Source: an uncultured Actinomycetes bacterium (lineage in GTDB: Bacteria; Actinomycetota; Thermoleophilia; Solirubrobacterales; 70-9). Taken from it: 64,000 nt of DNA. The stretch lies in NCBI GenBank assembly GCA_963728025.1, contig CAVSIF010000003.1, positions 20,596-84,595 on the forward strand, given 5' to 3'. The translations under genes were made by a program, and so were the position numbers. How positions within the stretch are numbered: the stretch's first letter is position 1; each line of letters starts with the position of its first letter. The notes beneath the pieces were generated by a model. That model saw only the letters and a list, made by a program, of their open reading frames with translations, had not been told where the DNA came from and ran no database searches. Shown piece after piece: positions 28,387 through 39,117 of the stretch.

Positions 28387-31300
28387 GTGGAGGGCGTAGC
28401 GGCGAATCTCACCGATGGCACGGGTGCTGGGGAGGCCCTGAATGACCTTGACGCGGTCGTAAGCGCTGTCGAAGAAAGCCGCGATTCGGCCTTGGAAGCG
28501 ATCAGGCGACTACAGGAGGCGATTGCGGCGGGGGTCCCGGCAGCCGCCGAAGACGTCGGCCTTCTGGAGGCATACGACCAGGCGCTGAGGGACGCCTGGG
28601 CGACGATAGCTCCCGCCGGAGGTGCGGAAGGCGACCTCACCCTCGAGGCGGTGCTGGCTGCCGTCGGTGAGCTGAAGGCACGAGAGCAGCGCGAGCAAGA
28701 GGCCGACTCGCTCTTCGACACCCTCTCTCGATTGGCCGCGTCTCCAGCTGGGGAGGCAGGTTCCCCTCTGCTGGCGGCGCCGAAGCGACGAGCAGCGGAG
28801 CTCTCCGCTTCGGGGGCGCTCGACGATGAGGAGAACGTGCGGGTGGCGCGCGGCCTCGCCGCTCTCGTTCGCCTCAATGAAGCGGGCGAGGGGGACCGGG
28901 ACACACTGGCTGCCGAAGCCATGGAGCTGCTGCCCGTGGATTGCCATGCGGCGGTCGGAGTTGCTGCTTACGGCAATCTTGAGTTCGCGCCGCCAGCCCT
29001 CCCGAGCGAGGCAGGGGAAGAAACCGAGCCTCCTCTTGACGCGGAGTCCGCGGCCGAGGATGACCTCGGCGTGACCGCGGCCGAGGAGAATAAGGACACC
29101 GAGGCCGCTCTCGAAGACGAGAAGGAGGTCGTTGACGACTCGCAGGACTCGGCCGAGGTTTCTGCCGAGCCATCTGACGAGCAGGTCAAGGCGGCGCTGG
29201 GCGGCCTGCTCCGGGAGAGGCGGTTCGGGCTTGCCCGCTGGATCGCCGCGACCTGGTCGTCGCCCGAGGCGCCCGGCCTAGCGAGCGCGCTCGAGGCACT
29301 CGCATACGCGGTGGCGATGCGCAGCTCGACCGGCGAGCCGGCGACCCGCCTCAGGGATCTAATTCAGGCGCTGCCGTCCGACGCCCTGCACGGCAGCAGG
29401 GCGGCGAGCCTGATCGCGCTGACGGCGGGCCTGCGCGGCAACCTGGTCGCGCCCTACTCGGTCAGCGGCAACCTGCTCGGGTCCGTCGCGGCGACCTACT
29501 CGGACCAGCCGGGCCTCGCCGCTCTGATCGAGGGAGTGACCGAAGCCGGACGGCGGGGCGTCTCGGCTCCGGATATGACTGACCAGGTCCAGAGCATTGC
29601 CTCGACCGAAGACAACCTCCAGGCGGTGCAGGAGCGCGCGAAGCAGATGCTGCAGCGGAGCACGATCAAGTACCAGCGGGCCTCCAGGGTATGGCTCAAC
29701 TGGATCGGGCCGGAGGGCATGCTCGGGTCGCTGCTCAACGTGGTGATCGAAAACCGAGTGGATGAGCTCCAGGACGCCGAGCAGTCGGTGCTCGGGTTGC
29801 GCGACGCGAAGACGCTCGAACGCCAGCTCGACGAGACCGCGCGCCGGCTGGCGACGGCGAACCGCCAGCGAAAGATCGTCGAGGCCGCACGCGAAAAGCT
29901 GATCGAACGCGCCGAGGAAAGCCTCGCGATCGTTTCGGAGTGGGTCGATGTCAGTCGAGAACTCGATCGCGTCAAGCGGCAGCAGGCTAACGAGAACTGG
30001 CAGCAGGCTCTGCTCGGGGATTTGCGAACGGTCGCCAGGGACGCGCGCGAGGAAGTGATCTCTACCTGGGAGGAGTGGGCGGGGGGAGATGACCTGATGG
30101 CAGCGGCGGCGACCGGGACCTTGCCGACCATCGGGGAGATCTTCGAGCTTCCTGATCGACGGCAAGCGGCTCGCCAGCGAGGAAGAGGCAATCGACGAGG
30201 TGCTTGGCCTCGACCTCCTGCGAGCCCCCGGCCTCGGCCTCAACCCACGCCTCGAACCGATTGGCGAGCCGACCCTATCCTCGCTGCTCGCCGCCGCTCA
30301 GCCGAGCGACTGGATGAAGGCCTTCGAGATCAGGGTGGGGGAAGCGGACTTCAACGCCGCGGAGCGCATCGTCGAAGTCGTCGGCCGCACCGATCCGGAC
30401 CTAGCAGCGACGCTGGACAAGCAGCGACTCAACCGCCTGACCGAAAAGCGCGACCACCTGATGGCGATGCTCGGGGAGGCGGCCCGCCTGCTCGGCGCCG
30501 CGCGCCGCGAGGGGCGTATCTCCGACTCGGAGAGCCTTGGCCTCAACGGCCGGCTGTCGGCGCTTGAGCTGCGGGAAGGAGAGCAGGGACTCCGCGGCCG
30601 CGACGAAGCGATCCGTAAGTTCCTCGGCGATCTGCGCAGGGCCGAGGAAGAAGGGGAAGAGAGGGCGCGTGCGCAGTATGCCCCCCGTCTGGAGGGCGAG
30701 GCAGAGCTGCAGCCCCATCGCCAGCGGCTGCAAGACCTGCTCGACGGCGGCGAGATCTCGACCCTCGAGGAGCTGGTCCTCGCGATCGAGCGCGGCGACG
30801 AGCTGCCGGAGGAAGGGAAGCTGCTGTTCAGGCAGCTGACCGAGTTCTTCCCCGACGTCGCCAGCGACACCCAGGTCGCCCGGTTTAGCCAGGAGGACGA
30901 AGCTCTGACCGAGGCGATCAGCGGCCGCGGCAGGTTCGGCGCTCTCGACTTCTCCAGCCTTAAGGACGAGGAGGTCGAACCCGTGCTGGCCGCGATCGAG
31001 GCCTGGCGGCGCCTGGAGTGCCTCGAACTGAAGGAAGCCGAAGACGACCTGGCCCGGGTTCTCGACCTGATCGGGCTGACCGTCGAGACGGGGGTTGACG
31101 CGAAGGCATGGAAGCGGGGCCCCGACAAGCGCGGCCGGGGGGAGATCACCGCCAAGCCGCTCGGCAAGGCGCTGGTGCCGGCCTTCGGGTCCGAAACCCA
31201 GGGCGGCCGCTATCGGCTGCTGATGATCTGGGAAAGCATGAGCGACGACGCGATCGCGTCGCTGATCTCCCAGGAAGACGGAGAACAGCCGATCGTCGTC

Positions 31301-33633
31301 ATCTTCTTCGGAAACGCCCTGTCGGCGACGGTCAGGAGAGGGGTCGCCGACCAGCTCCGGCAGCAGCCAAGCCGGCGCGCCGTGGCACTGATCGACGCGC
31401 CCGCCTTTCTCTTCCTTGCTTCTCGAGGAGGTCGCAAACTGGCGACCACGATGCGCATCACGATGCCGTTCAGCGCCGTCAATCCCTACACGCCGTTCGC
31501 GCCAGGCAGCGTCCCGCTGGAGATGTTCTACGGCCGTGGCCGCGAGCTCGCGGACCTGGTCGACCGCAGGGGGACCTCGTTTATCTACGGCGGCCGCCGG
31601 CTCGGTAAGTCCGCGCTACTGCGGGCGGCCGAGCGCAAGTTCCAGGACGAAGCCCCGCGGACGAACACCGCGATCTATGTCGACCTCAAGACCAAGGGCA
31701 TCGGTGAGCGGGAGCCTGCCGAGAAGATCCGCGGTGAGATCGCCAAGGCCCTGAAGGACGCCGGGGTGATGACCCACGGACGAGCCAAGGATCCAAGCTT
31801 CGAGGACATCCGCACCGAGGTAAAGGCCTGGTTCGAGGGCGATGACAAGCGCCGGATCCTGCTGCTGCTGGACGAGTGCGACTCGTTTCTCAACGCCGAC
31901 GCGAAAGCGAACTTCCCCAATGTCACCGAGCTGAAGGCGCTGATGCAGGAAACCGATCAGCGCTTCAAGCTGGTCTTCGCCGGGCTGCATCAGGTGCGTC
32001 GCTTCCAGCGGATGCCGAACCAGCCGCTTGCGCACCTTGGCTATCCGACTCCGGTTGGCCCGCTAAAGCCGCAACCGGCCTATGACCTGATCACGAAACC
32101 GCTCGAGGCGCTGGGCCTGAAGTTCGAGGCATCCGATTTGCCGGTTCGCATTCTCACCGCAACTAACTACCAGCCGAGCCTGATCCAGCTGTTTTGCAGC
32201 GAGTTGGTCGACCACATGCTGGAGAAGGCCTGCGGGCCCGGAACGCCGCCGTATGTGATCACCTCGAGCGACGTTGACGCCGTCTACGGCAACCAGCGTG
32301 TGATCGAAGAGATGCGGACCCGCTTCGGGCTGACCACCCACCTCGACCCGCGCTACCAGGTGATCGCCAACTCGGTCGCCTTTGAAGCTCTTGGCAGCGG
32401 CCTGACGGTCGGGCTCAGCGCCTCCGAGATCCGAGCGATGTGCGATGAGTACTGGCCGGCTGGGTTCGCCAAGACCGACAGCGACGAGTTCCGCGCGCTG
32501 CTCGAAGAGATGGACAGTCTTGGGGTGCTGTTCGAGGACGATCGGGGGCGGTTCATGATGCGCAGCCCGAACGTGCTGCGAATGCTCGGCACCGCGGAAC
32601 AGATCGAGGAGAGCCTCAACGCGTCCAACGAGCTCGACCTCCCGCAGGGTTTCGAGGCGGCCTCGTTCCGCGACCGGCTAGGGAACGACCCCTATCGACG
32701 ACAGCCGTTCACGCACGAACAGGTCGCCGACATCCTCGCCAGTGACGAGGAGGCAGAGGACTCGCTAGTGCGCGTCATCGTAGGCAGCGCCGCCACGAGC
32801 ATCGGCGACGCCAGGGCCTGCCTGCGGGAGCTGTTCGAGGACGGCTCCGGCCGCTACAGCTTCAAGGACGACTCCGGGCAGGACTTCAAACGCCTGCGGG
32901 CCCGTTTCAAGAAGCCCCTGCAGAAGCGCCGGGCTGTGGCTTACGAGCTGAGGCCAGGCCCTCCGGGCGAGCATTTGGCTGGCATCCGCTCGGTGGCCGA
33001 GAAGCTGGCCGAGCCCAACCTCAACGCTACGCTCGCCTTCGTGCTCGGCGACGGGGCGCTCGCGACCTGGAAGGCCTTGGTCGTGCCTGACGACAAGGGC
33101 GGGGCCGGTTATGCGGCGGCATTCGAGGACCAGATCCAGCTGATCGAGCTGAAGCGGTGGAGCAAGGCCGGCCTGCGGGCCTGGGCGCAGGCTCAGGACG
33201 TCGAACTCTTCTTCAGCCAGGACCAGACTCTGAGCGAGCTGATGCGGGTGACCGGCGGCTGGCCGATCCTCGTCAATCGGGTCGTGGACGCCTATCGACA
33301 GGACCACGACTGGAAGGGGGCGATCAAGTCTCTGGAGCAGTGGCTCGACAGCGGCGAGGGGGCGGCCGAGCTGTGCGCGGCGATCGGCTCGAAGCCGACG
33401 AGGACCTGGCGCGGGCCTGGAACCTGTTCATCATCTACAAGGATCCGATCAGCCTCGAGGAATTCCAGGGCCTTGCGGAGGACGAGGACATCGCGGACGC
33501 CGGCCGGGTCGCCGAGCTGCTGCGCTCGATGCAGGTGCTGGAGCTCGACTCGAAAGGCCGCTACATGGTCGAGAAGACGGCGGCTGGTGCCTGGCGGAAG
33601 CGCGTTTCCGCCGAGGTCCATGCAGCATCCTGA
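28387..33633 (+). CDS. giant (~1,750 aa) protein: long acidic/coiled-coil N-terminal region plus AAA+/STAND-like P-loop NTPase; two apparent indels (~30148 and ~33388)
   Basis: Three listed ORFs (28387-, 30200-, 33157-33633) join without stops, and third-position G/C switches frame at the joins. FYGRGRELADLV followed by Walker A GGRRLGKS (~31589-31612) and Walker B LLLLDECD (~31856-31882). Confidence 0.7.
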
Positions 33634-34785
33634 GTGGCGATTGGGGGGCCTAATCGCTTCGTCCGGGCGCTGGCGGCCGAGCTTGAGGGAGGACGCTCGA
33701 CGATCGTACTGCTCCCGGCGTCCGGTTTTCCCGACGGCCTACAGGCCGCCGTGCGCGAGGCGCTGCCCAAAATCGAGGTCAACCGGCTGCGCCTGAAGGA
33801 GATACTGGAGGACCGGGGCCGGATCGTCGACGTCCTCCACCGCCGGCTCGCCCTCAGCACGCCGCCCCGTGGCGACCAGGTCGAAGTCAGTTCCTTCGCC
33901 CGCCACCCCGAGCTGCGGCGACGCCTGATCTGGGTCGACGGCCGATCGGCATCCGCGGCCCAGGTCGATTCCTGGGTCGATTTCCTGGAGCAGTACACCG
34001 GGGTCGCCAACGAGCTTCCGATCCACGGCCGGACTGTGTTCGCGACCCTCTGCGACGGTCGCCACGCCCACCGCATCCCCGACTCGATCATGCTGCTCGA
34101 CAAGCGCTGGTGGTGGGGGGTGGTGACTCCCCTCGACACCGAGGTCTTCGTCGCCGAGCTGGCTAGGAATCGAAGTTGGGAGCCGGCCTTCGTCGAGCCG
34201 GTGACGGAGGTCGCCGGTTTTGACCTCACCCTTGCCGGAATCTTGGTCCAAGAGTGGGACGGTGCCCTCGCTAGTCTGCGGCCGCTACTGAGCGAGTATG
34301 ACCTCGACCGAGAGGGCGGCGATTGGCGATGGTCCCCGAGAGCTTCGCCCCGCGCTCAGCCGCCGGCCGACTCGGTCGCGGCCTGGAGCGCGGGAGTCGT
34401 AAACGCTTGGGGGGACCGGGATCCGCGAGTCCATGCCTGCCACGCGGCGGCCGAGAGCCCGAATGCGCTTCAGCACCTGATATGGCTCGGCCAGGTTCGC
34501 AGCTTGATGCCGCGGATCGAGATCGAACGGCAGGCCCTTGCGGAATGGGTCTACGAACGCCGGAACCTACTGCCGCAGGGCTGGCGAGGCAAGGAGATCC
34601 GTAGCCTCGAGGTCGTCGACCTCGCCACCATTTTTCGGTTCCCCTCATTTCAGAAACACCAAAGCCGCGCCCAACTCGCGCGATGGCTCCATCGCACTCG
34701 CAATGCGATCGCCCATCTTGAGATCCTCAACGTAAGCGAGCTTGAACAGGCGAGACAGATGCTTCGGCGAGGAGCTACCCATTAA
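33634..34785 (+). CDS. 383-aa partner protein with C-terminal HEPN-like Rx4H motif
   Basis: GTG start immediately after the giant gene's TGA. C-terminal WLHRTRNAIAHLE (R356-N-A-I-A-H361, nt 34699-34716). Confidence 0.6.
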   Translation: MAIGGPNRFVRALAAELEGGRSTIVLLPASGFPDGLQAAVREALPKIEVNRLRLKEILEDRGRIVDVLHRRLALSTPPRGDQVEVSSFARHPELRRRLIWVDGRSASAAQVDSWVDFLEQYTGVANELPIHGRTVFATLCDGRHAHRIPDSIMLLDKRWWWGVVTPLDTEVFVAELARNRSWEPAFVEPVTEVAGFDLTLAGILVQEWDGALASLRPLLSEYDLDREGGDWRWSPRASPRAQPPADSVAAWSAGVVNAWGDRDPRVHACHAAAESPNALQHLIWLGQVRSLMPRIEIERQALAEWVYERRNLLPQGWRGKEIRSLEVVDLATIFRFPSFQKHQSRAQLARWLHRTRNAIAHLEILNVSELEQARQMLRRGATH

Positions 34786-34870
34786 CGCGTCACAGTTAGA
34801 TTGAGATGAAGGCATAGAACAGTTGGGCTTTGAGAGCAACTCGAACTTGAAGAGGCTCCAGGCTTGCCGT

Positions 34871-35665
34871 TCAGCCGGACGCCGGCGGTGCCGACATCAG
34901 CAGGCGGTACTCGTAGATCGGTTCGTAGCTCATGGCCGCGTAGATCGGCTCGCCCATGGGGGAGGCCTGGAGGGAGGCGATGTCGGCGCCTAGGTTGAAG
35001 CCGGCGTTGGTGGCGGCAGTGGTGGTGGCGCGGCCGAGGCCCTTGCCCCTTGCCTGCTCGAGGCTGCCGACCCAGTAGATGCCGGCGACTCCGTCGGTGA
35101 CGATGGTCATCGCGATGCTGACCGGGGTGTCGTCGAGGTAGGCGATGAAGGCGGCCACGTTGTCGGCGAGGAGGCCGGCGCCGTCGGTGTAGAAGTCGAA
35201 GACCTCGGGTGGGAAGCCGATGCTGGTGTAGGAGGCGGCGGCGATGCGCCAGTAGCTCTCGGCCTCCTCGGCGCGGCTGAGCCGGCGCAGCTCGGCTCCG
35301 GGCGGAAGCGGTGGCGCCTCGACCGGGGCCTGCAGCACCATCTCCGGCATCGAGTGGACGCACTGCAGCCCCGCCGCCTCGGCCGCGGCGGCGAGGTCGC
35401 GGTCCTCGGGCACCCCGTCTCGCACCCAGACGCTGAAGCCGCGGCCGCGGGCGCCGAAGAAGGCGCGCGCGGCCGCGATGAACCGCGCCGGATCGACTCC
35501 GTCATCGCGGCGGAAGGCCGCGTTGGAGATGGCCGGGTGGTCGGGACTGCCGGCGCCGAACAGCCAGCCGCTGCCGGCCTCGACGGTGGCCTCGGGGTCG
35601 AGTTCGAACAGCTGCCGCGAGCTGTCGATCAGGTTGAGATGGGCGCGGCGGCTGAGCTCGGACAC
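34871..35665 (-). CDS. GNAT-family N-acetyltransferase
   Basis: Acetyl-CoA motif QARGKGLGRATT. Start taken at GTG (VSELSRRAHLNLID). The longer ORF extension is Ser/Arg-rich and implausible. Confidence 0.7.
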   Translation of the reverse strand: MSELSRRAHLNLIDSSRQLFELDPEATVEAGSGWLFGAGSPDHPAISNAAFRRDDGVDPARFIAAARAFFGARGRGFSVWVRDGVPEDRDLAAAAEAAGLQCVHSMPEMVLQAPVEAPPLPPGAELRRLSRAEEAESYWRIAAASYTSIGFPPEVFDFYTDGAGLLADNVAAFIAYLDDTPVSIAMTIVTDGVAGIYWVGSLEQARGKGLGRATTTAATNAGFNLGADIASLQASPMGEPIYAAMSYEPIYEYRLLMSAPPASG

Positions 35666-35684
35666 GGTCCCATACCATCGCACC

Positions 35685-35957
35685 GTGGAGGTTCCGGAGC
35701 AGCATCGCGAGTTCGCCGCAGCGGTCGCGGCGTCGCGCCTGCAGGATCCGATGCCGACGTTCGAGGCGCTGTCGCGGGCGACCGGGGTGCCCGCCGACGA
35801 CCTGGTCAACCACGCGCTCGTGCGCTGGGTCTCCGAGGGGTCAGAGGCGCTGATGCTGGTCGAGCCGGCGGTGCTCCGCAAGCTCGCCGAGGCTCGGGCG
35901 CGCGAGGATTGGGATGCCGTCGCTGGCCTGATCGACTGGCTCGAGGCAGGCAGCTAG
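35685..35957 (+). CDS. small hypothetical protein, divergent from the GNAT gene
   Basis: VEVPEQHREF...MPTFEALSRATGVPADDLVNHALVRWVSEG (HTH-like). Good third-position G/C only from ~35685 onward. Confidence 0.45.
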   Translation: MEVPEQHREFAAAVAASRLQDPMPTFEALSRATGVPADDLVNHALVRWVSEGSEALMLVEPAVLRKLAEARAREDWDAVAGLIDWLEAGS

Positions 35958-36015
35958 CGCTGGTAGGCCGCGTCGAGCGGCGAGGCTCGCGGACTTCGAG
36001 CTGATCGTCCGCGAG

Positions 36016-39000
36016 TCAGCCAAACGGGGTGCCCAGCGCCAGAACGCTCGAGCGTTCTTCGGGGTCGGTGATGCCGTAGAGGTCGAGGACGATCTCATCG
36101 AGCTGGTCGACGAAACCCTCGGTTCGGCGGGCGCCGAGGGAGCGATCTGCCGCCGATAGGCCCTGATGTGACTGGGATACCGATCCTTCCAGGTCGGAGG
36201 CGAGACGGACGAGGGTGTCGTGGCGGGAGCGATCTTCGCCGTCGTCGAAGTCGATGCGCCGGATCGGGAGGTGTTGGATCGAGTTGTCGAAGGCCTCCCA
36301 CATGTTTTCTCCGGTCAGCTTGGCCAAGCCGCGAAAGCGAAAGGTGAGCAACTTCGAGTTGATCAGCGCCAAGAGGTAACGGGGATCCTCCTCGACGTCA
36401 TCCTTTACGAACGCGACCGTGGTGTCGGTGAGGGAGAGCCAGTCGAATTCGTCATCGAGGACGAACCGAAGGTGCCCCGCGCGATAGGGACAGACCAGGC
36501 GTGGTCCTCCGTACAGCTCCTTGCTGAGCGGCCACGTGTAGCGCCACCAGTCGCAGTCCCCTCTTTTGTAGGCGGCGCGGGATTCCAGCTTTTCGCGGTT
36601 CGATGGAAGCTCGAGGTAGGTCCGCACCGTTTTCGGCAGGGCCCCATAGGAGGCAACGTCCTCGAGGTACAGCAGCGAGTGTTCGCTGGGTGCCAGGTAG
36701 AAGGATGAGATCTCCGAGTTGCGGGCCCGGCGTTTGAGCAGGTTCGCCGGGAGGCCATGCTCGGCGATCTGAGCCGCGGAGACGCCGAACACGCTGTTGG
36801 CGCCCGTCTGCATGCCCTGACCGAGGTCGCAGAGGGAGTCCAGGTCCTCGCCGGCTGAGTCGATGCGCCTGTAGAGGGCATCTTCGTGAGGGTTTGGGAA
36901 GTGCCAGGCGCCCGGGCCAAGGGCAACCCGTCGCTCGAACACCTCAAACGGCGCGGAGCGGGTACGTGCTCCCTCGATGACCTCGCCGGACGCGAGTTTG
37001 CCGGTGCGCAACCGCGCCACGTCCACCGTCGTCTCCTCGCCTCCCGAGGAAGTGTCGAAAACCGCGATCGCGGTGGCGATGCTGGCATCGGCGAAAACCA
37101 TGAAGCCGTCGAAGTCGGTGAGCTCGAGTAGCCGGGCGTGGTCGCCCAGCCAGCCCCTCAGCTTCTGCGCGCGGTCCGCTGCCAGGAATGCCCGGGAGAC
37201 GATGAATCCGAGCCGCTCGTTGGCCAGCTCGACTGCCTTACGGAGGAAGAAGTAGTAGATGTCGCCCTTGTCAAGCCAAACGTCGCCGTAGGCCTGCTTC
37301 AGGTAGGCGGGCACGGCATGCCCCGCGCCATAAACGGTGTCGATGGAAAAGTACGGCGGGTTCCCAACGACCACGGAGAAGCCGCCTGCTTTGAGCACCT
37401 TGCCAAATCCCTCGCGGTCGGACTCCCACTTGAAGGGTCGAAGGCGGTGCTCCTCGAAATCATCGAGGGAGCCGGCGAGCTGTTCCTGGCCGTAGAAATC
37501 GGTGCTGACCAATGAGTTGCCGGTTCGGATGTTGCTTGCCAGCGACGGCAGCACCGCCCCAGAGATCTGCATCTGGGTTCGAACGAACTCCGGGGCTTCG
37601 GACTCCAGGGATTTCAGATAGAGGCTCATCGTCGTCACCTCCACCGCCGCCGGGTCGACGTCTACTCCAAAGATATGACGCTGTAGTACGGCCGCGCGCG
37701 CATCGGCAGTGAGCCTGCGGATGTCGTCGGCGTCGGCGTAGTGAGATTTCCGTTCAACGCTTGGATGGGCCGTGTAGTACGCCTCGTAATGAGCAATGAG
37801 GCGTGCGTACGCCCCCAGCAGAAATGACCCAGAGCCGCAGGCGGGGTCGAGAACGCGGAACTCGCGAAGCGCTTTCGGCGCTTTGCCTGAGATCAGTGGA
37901 TCGATCGTTCTGCGAACGACGTCGTCAACCACCCACTGGGGGGTGTAGTAGACGCCTCCGGCCTTGCGAACCTCGGGCTTGAGCTCAATGCTCACCGAGC
38001 GGTCGTCGCCGAGGGTGACGACGCTGGCCAGGGCGCGCTCGTAGATGCTGCCGAGGATCTCGACCCCGAGAACATCGAACCGGTACGGCGACCAGGGGGT
38101 GTACAGGCCACGGATCACTCGCGAGAAGACCGCATCGGGGATCTCCAGCCCGTCGGCGAAGCTGGTGTCCATCAGCCCACCGTTGTAGTGCGTCCGCAGT
38201 GGCTCGAGCGATCGGATGAACTCCGCGTAGACGCCCTCGGTTTCGAGCAGGGGGCGCAGCACCTCTTCTGGCTCCAGGCGCCGGTCCTCGCATACCCGGA
38301 TGAAGACAAGGCGATCCAGGGTCAGCTGCGTCGCTTCGTTGAGCTGCCAGACATCGAGCTCCTCGTTGTCGGCGGCGAACCCCTTCGCGACGGCGGTGCG
38401 CCAGCGCGCCAGGTCCGCGAGGAAAGCCTTGTCCACCGGAAGCTGGCCGGGCCGGCCCTCCAGCTGCTCCATGTAGCGAGTCAGCGAGCCCGACGCGACA
38501 GCCTCTCGCGAAAACGTGTCCCAGAGGAGGTCCCAGTGAGCGACGTAATCACGAAAGTTGAGCCGAAACTCGGGAATCAGCCCGGTCAGCGGCTCGTCGA
38601 GCACCGGTCGGTAGCGACAGTCGAAGACCAAGAATTGCTCGAAGTCGGTGAGGATGACAATCGGGGTGTTGGCCGACCAGCCATATGACTTGACTTGAAA
38701 GACCGGCCGCGGGCTGGTGATGTCCACGGATGGGCGCTTTGCCTCGATGAAGAACTTATGGTCGCCGTTGACGCGGAACGAGTAGTCGGGCCGCCTCACC
38801 CCGATGCTCTCCGCGGCGTCGCCCTGTTCAGTGGGGCCACTGGCGCCACGGAGCGAGTGCTCCAGGATCACGTCCGCGAACGGCCCGCGCTTCTCCTCGT
38901 CCGCCACGTCCCAGCCAAGCGCGGCGAAGAGTGGGTCGATGAATCGCTGTCGGCAACTGGTCTCATCGAACTCCGCGGACTTGTAGTAGTCCAGGGCCTC

Positions 39001-39072
39001 GGCGAACTGGTCGCAGAGATCGCCGACGGCCGCGAGTCCGGTTTTCCTGTCGACGGCTCGTACCGGCGTCAT
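36016..39072 (-). CDS. fused type IIG restriction-modification enzyme (N-terminal PD-(D/E)xK nuclease, gamma-class N6-adenine methyltransferase, C-terminal specificity region)
   Basis: 1,018-aa ORF with nuclease motif RPDYSF...FFIEAKRP, SAM motif I VLDPACGSGSFLLGA and motif IV VVGNPPY. Lower third-position G/C than neighbours. Confidence 0.85.
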   Translation of the reverse strand: MTPVRAVDRKTGLAAVGDLCDQFAEALDYYKSAEFDETSCRQRFIDPLFAALGWDVADEEKRGPFADVILEHSLRGASGPTEQGDAAESIGVRRPDYSFRVNGDHKFFIEAKRPSVDITSPRPVFQVKSYGWSANTPIVILTDFEQFLVFDCRYRPVLDEPLTGLIPEFRLNFRDYVAHWDLLWDTFSREAVASGSLTRYMEQLEGRPGQLPVDKAFLADLARWRTAVAKGFAADNEELDVWQLNEATQLTLDRLVFIRVCEDRRLEPEEVLRPLLETEGVYAEFIRSLEPLRTHYNGGLMDTSFADGLEIPDAVFSRVIRGLYTPWSPYRFDVLGVEILGSIYERALASVVTLGDDRSVSIELKPEVRKAGGVYYTPQWVVDDVVRRTIDPLISGKAPKALREFRVLDPACGSGSFLLGAYARLIAHYEAYYTAHPSVERKSHYADADDIRRLTADARAAVLQRHIFGVDVDPAAVEVTTMSLYLKSLESEAPEFVRTQMQISGAVLPSLASNIRTGNSLVSTDFYGQEQLAGSLDDFEEHRLRPFKWESDREGFGKVLKAGGFSVVVGNPPYFSIDTVYGAGHAVPAYLKQAYGDVWLDKGDIYYFFLRKAVELANERLGFIVSRAFLAADRAQKLRGWLGDHARLLELTDFDGFMVFADASIATAIAVFDTSSGGEETTVDVARLRTGKLASGEVIEGARTRSAPFEVFERRVALGPGAWHFPNPHEDALYRRIDSAGEDLDSLCDLGQGMQTGANSVFGVSAAQIAEHGLPANLLKRRARNSEISSFYLAPSEHSLLYLEDVASYGALPKTVRTYLELPSNREKLESRAAYKRGDCDWWRYTWPLSKELYGGPRLVCPYRAGHLRFVLDDEFDWLSLTDTTVAFVKDDVEEDPRYLLALINSKLLTFRFRGLAKLTGENMWEAFDNSIQHLPIRRIDFDDGEDRSRHDTLVRLASDLEGSVSQSHQGLSAADRSLGARRTEGFVDQLDEIVLDLYGITDPEERSSVLALGTPFG

Positions 39073-39117
39073 CGGCTGGGACGCTACTGGCGCAATCCGA
39101 TGCCTGGCCGCAGGCGC

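Noticed and set aside
28387-39072. Interpreting the giant ATPase plus the NPPY methyltransferase as a BREX/Pgl-type system (PglY plus PglX).
   Set aside because: No PglZ alkaline-phosphatase gene, PglW kinase or BrxC/BrxL-type gene is present. The methyltransferase also carries its own intact PD-(D/E)xK nuclease, so it looks like an autonomous type IIG enzyme.
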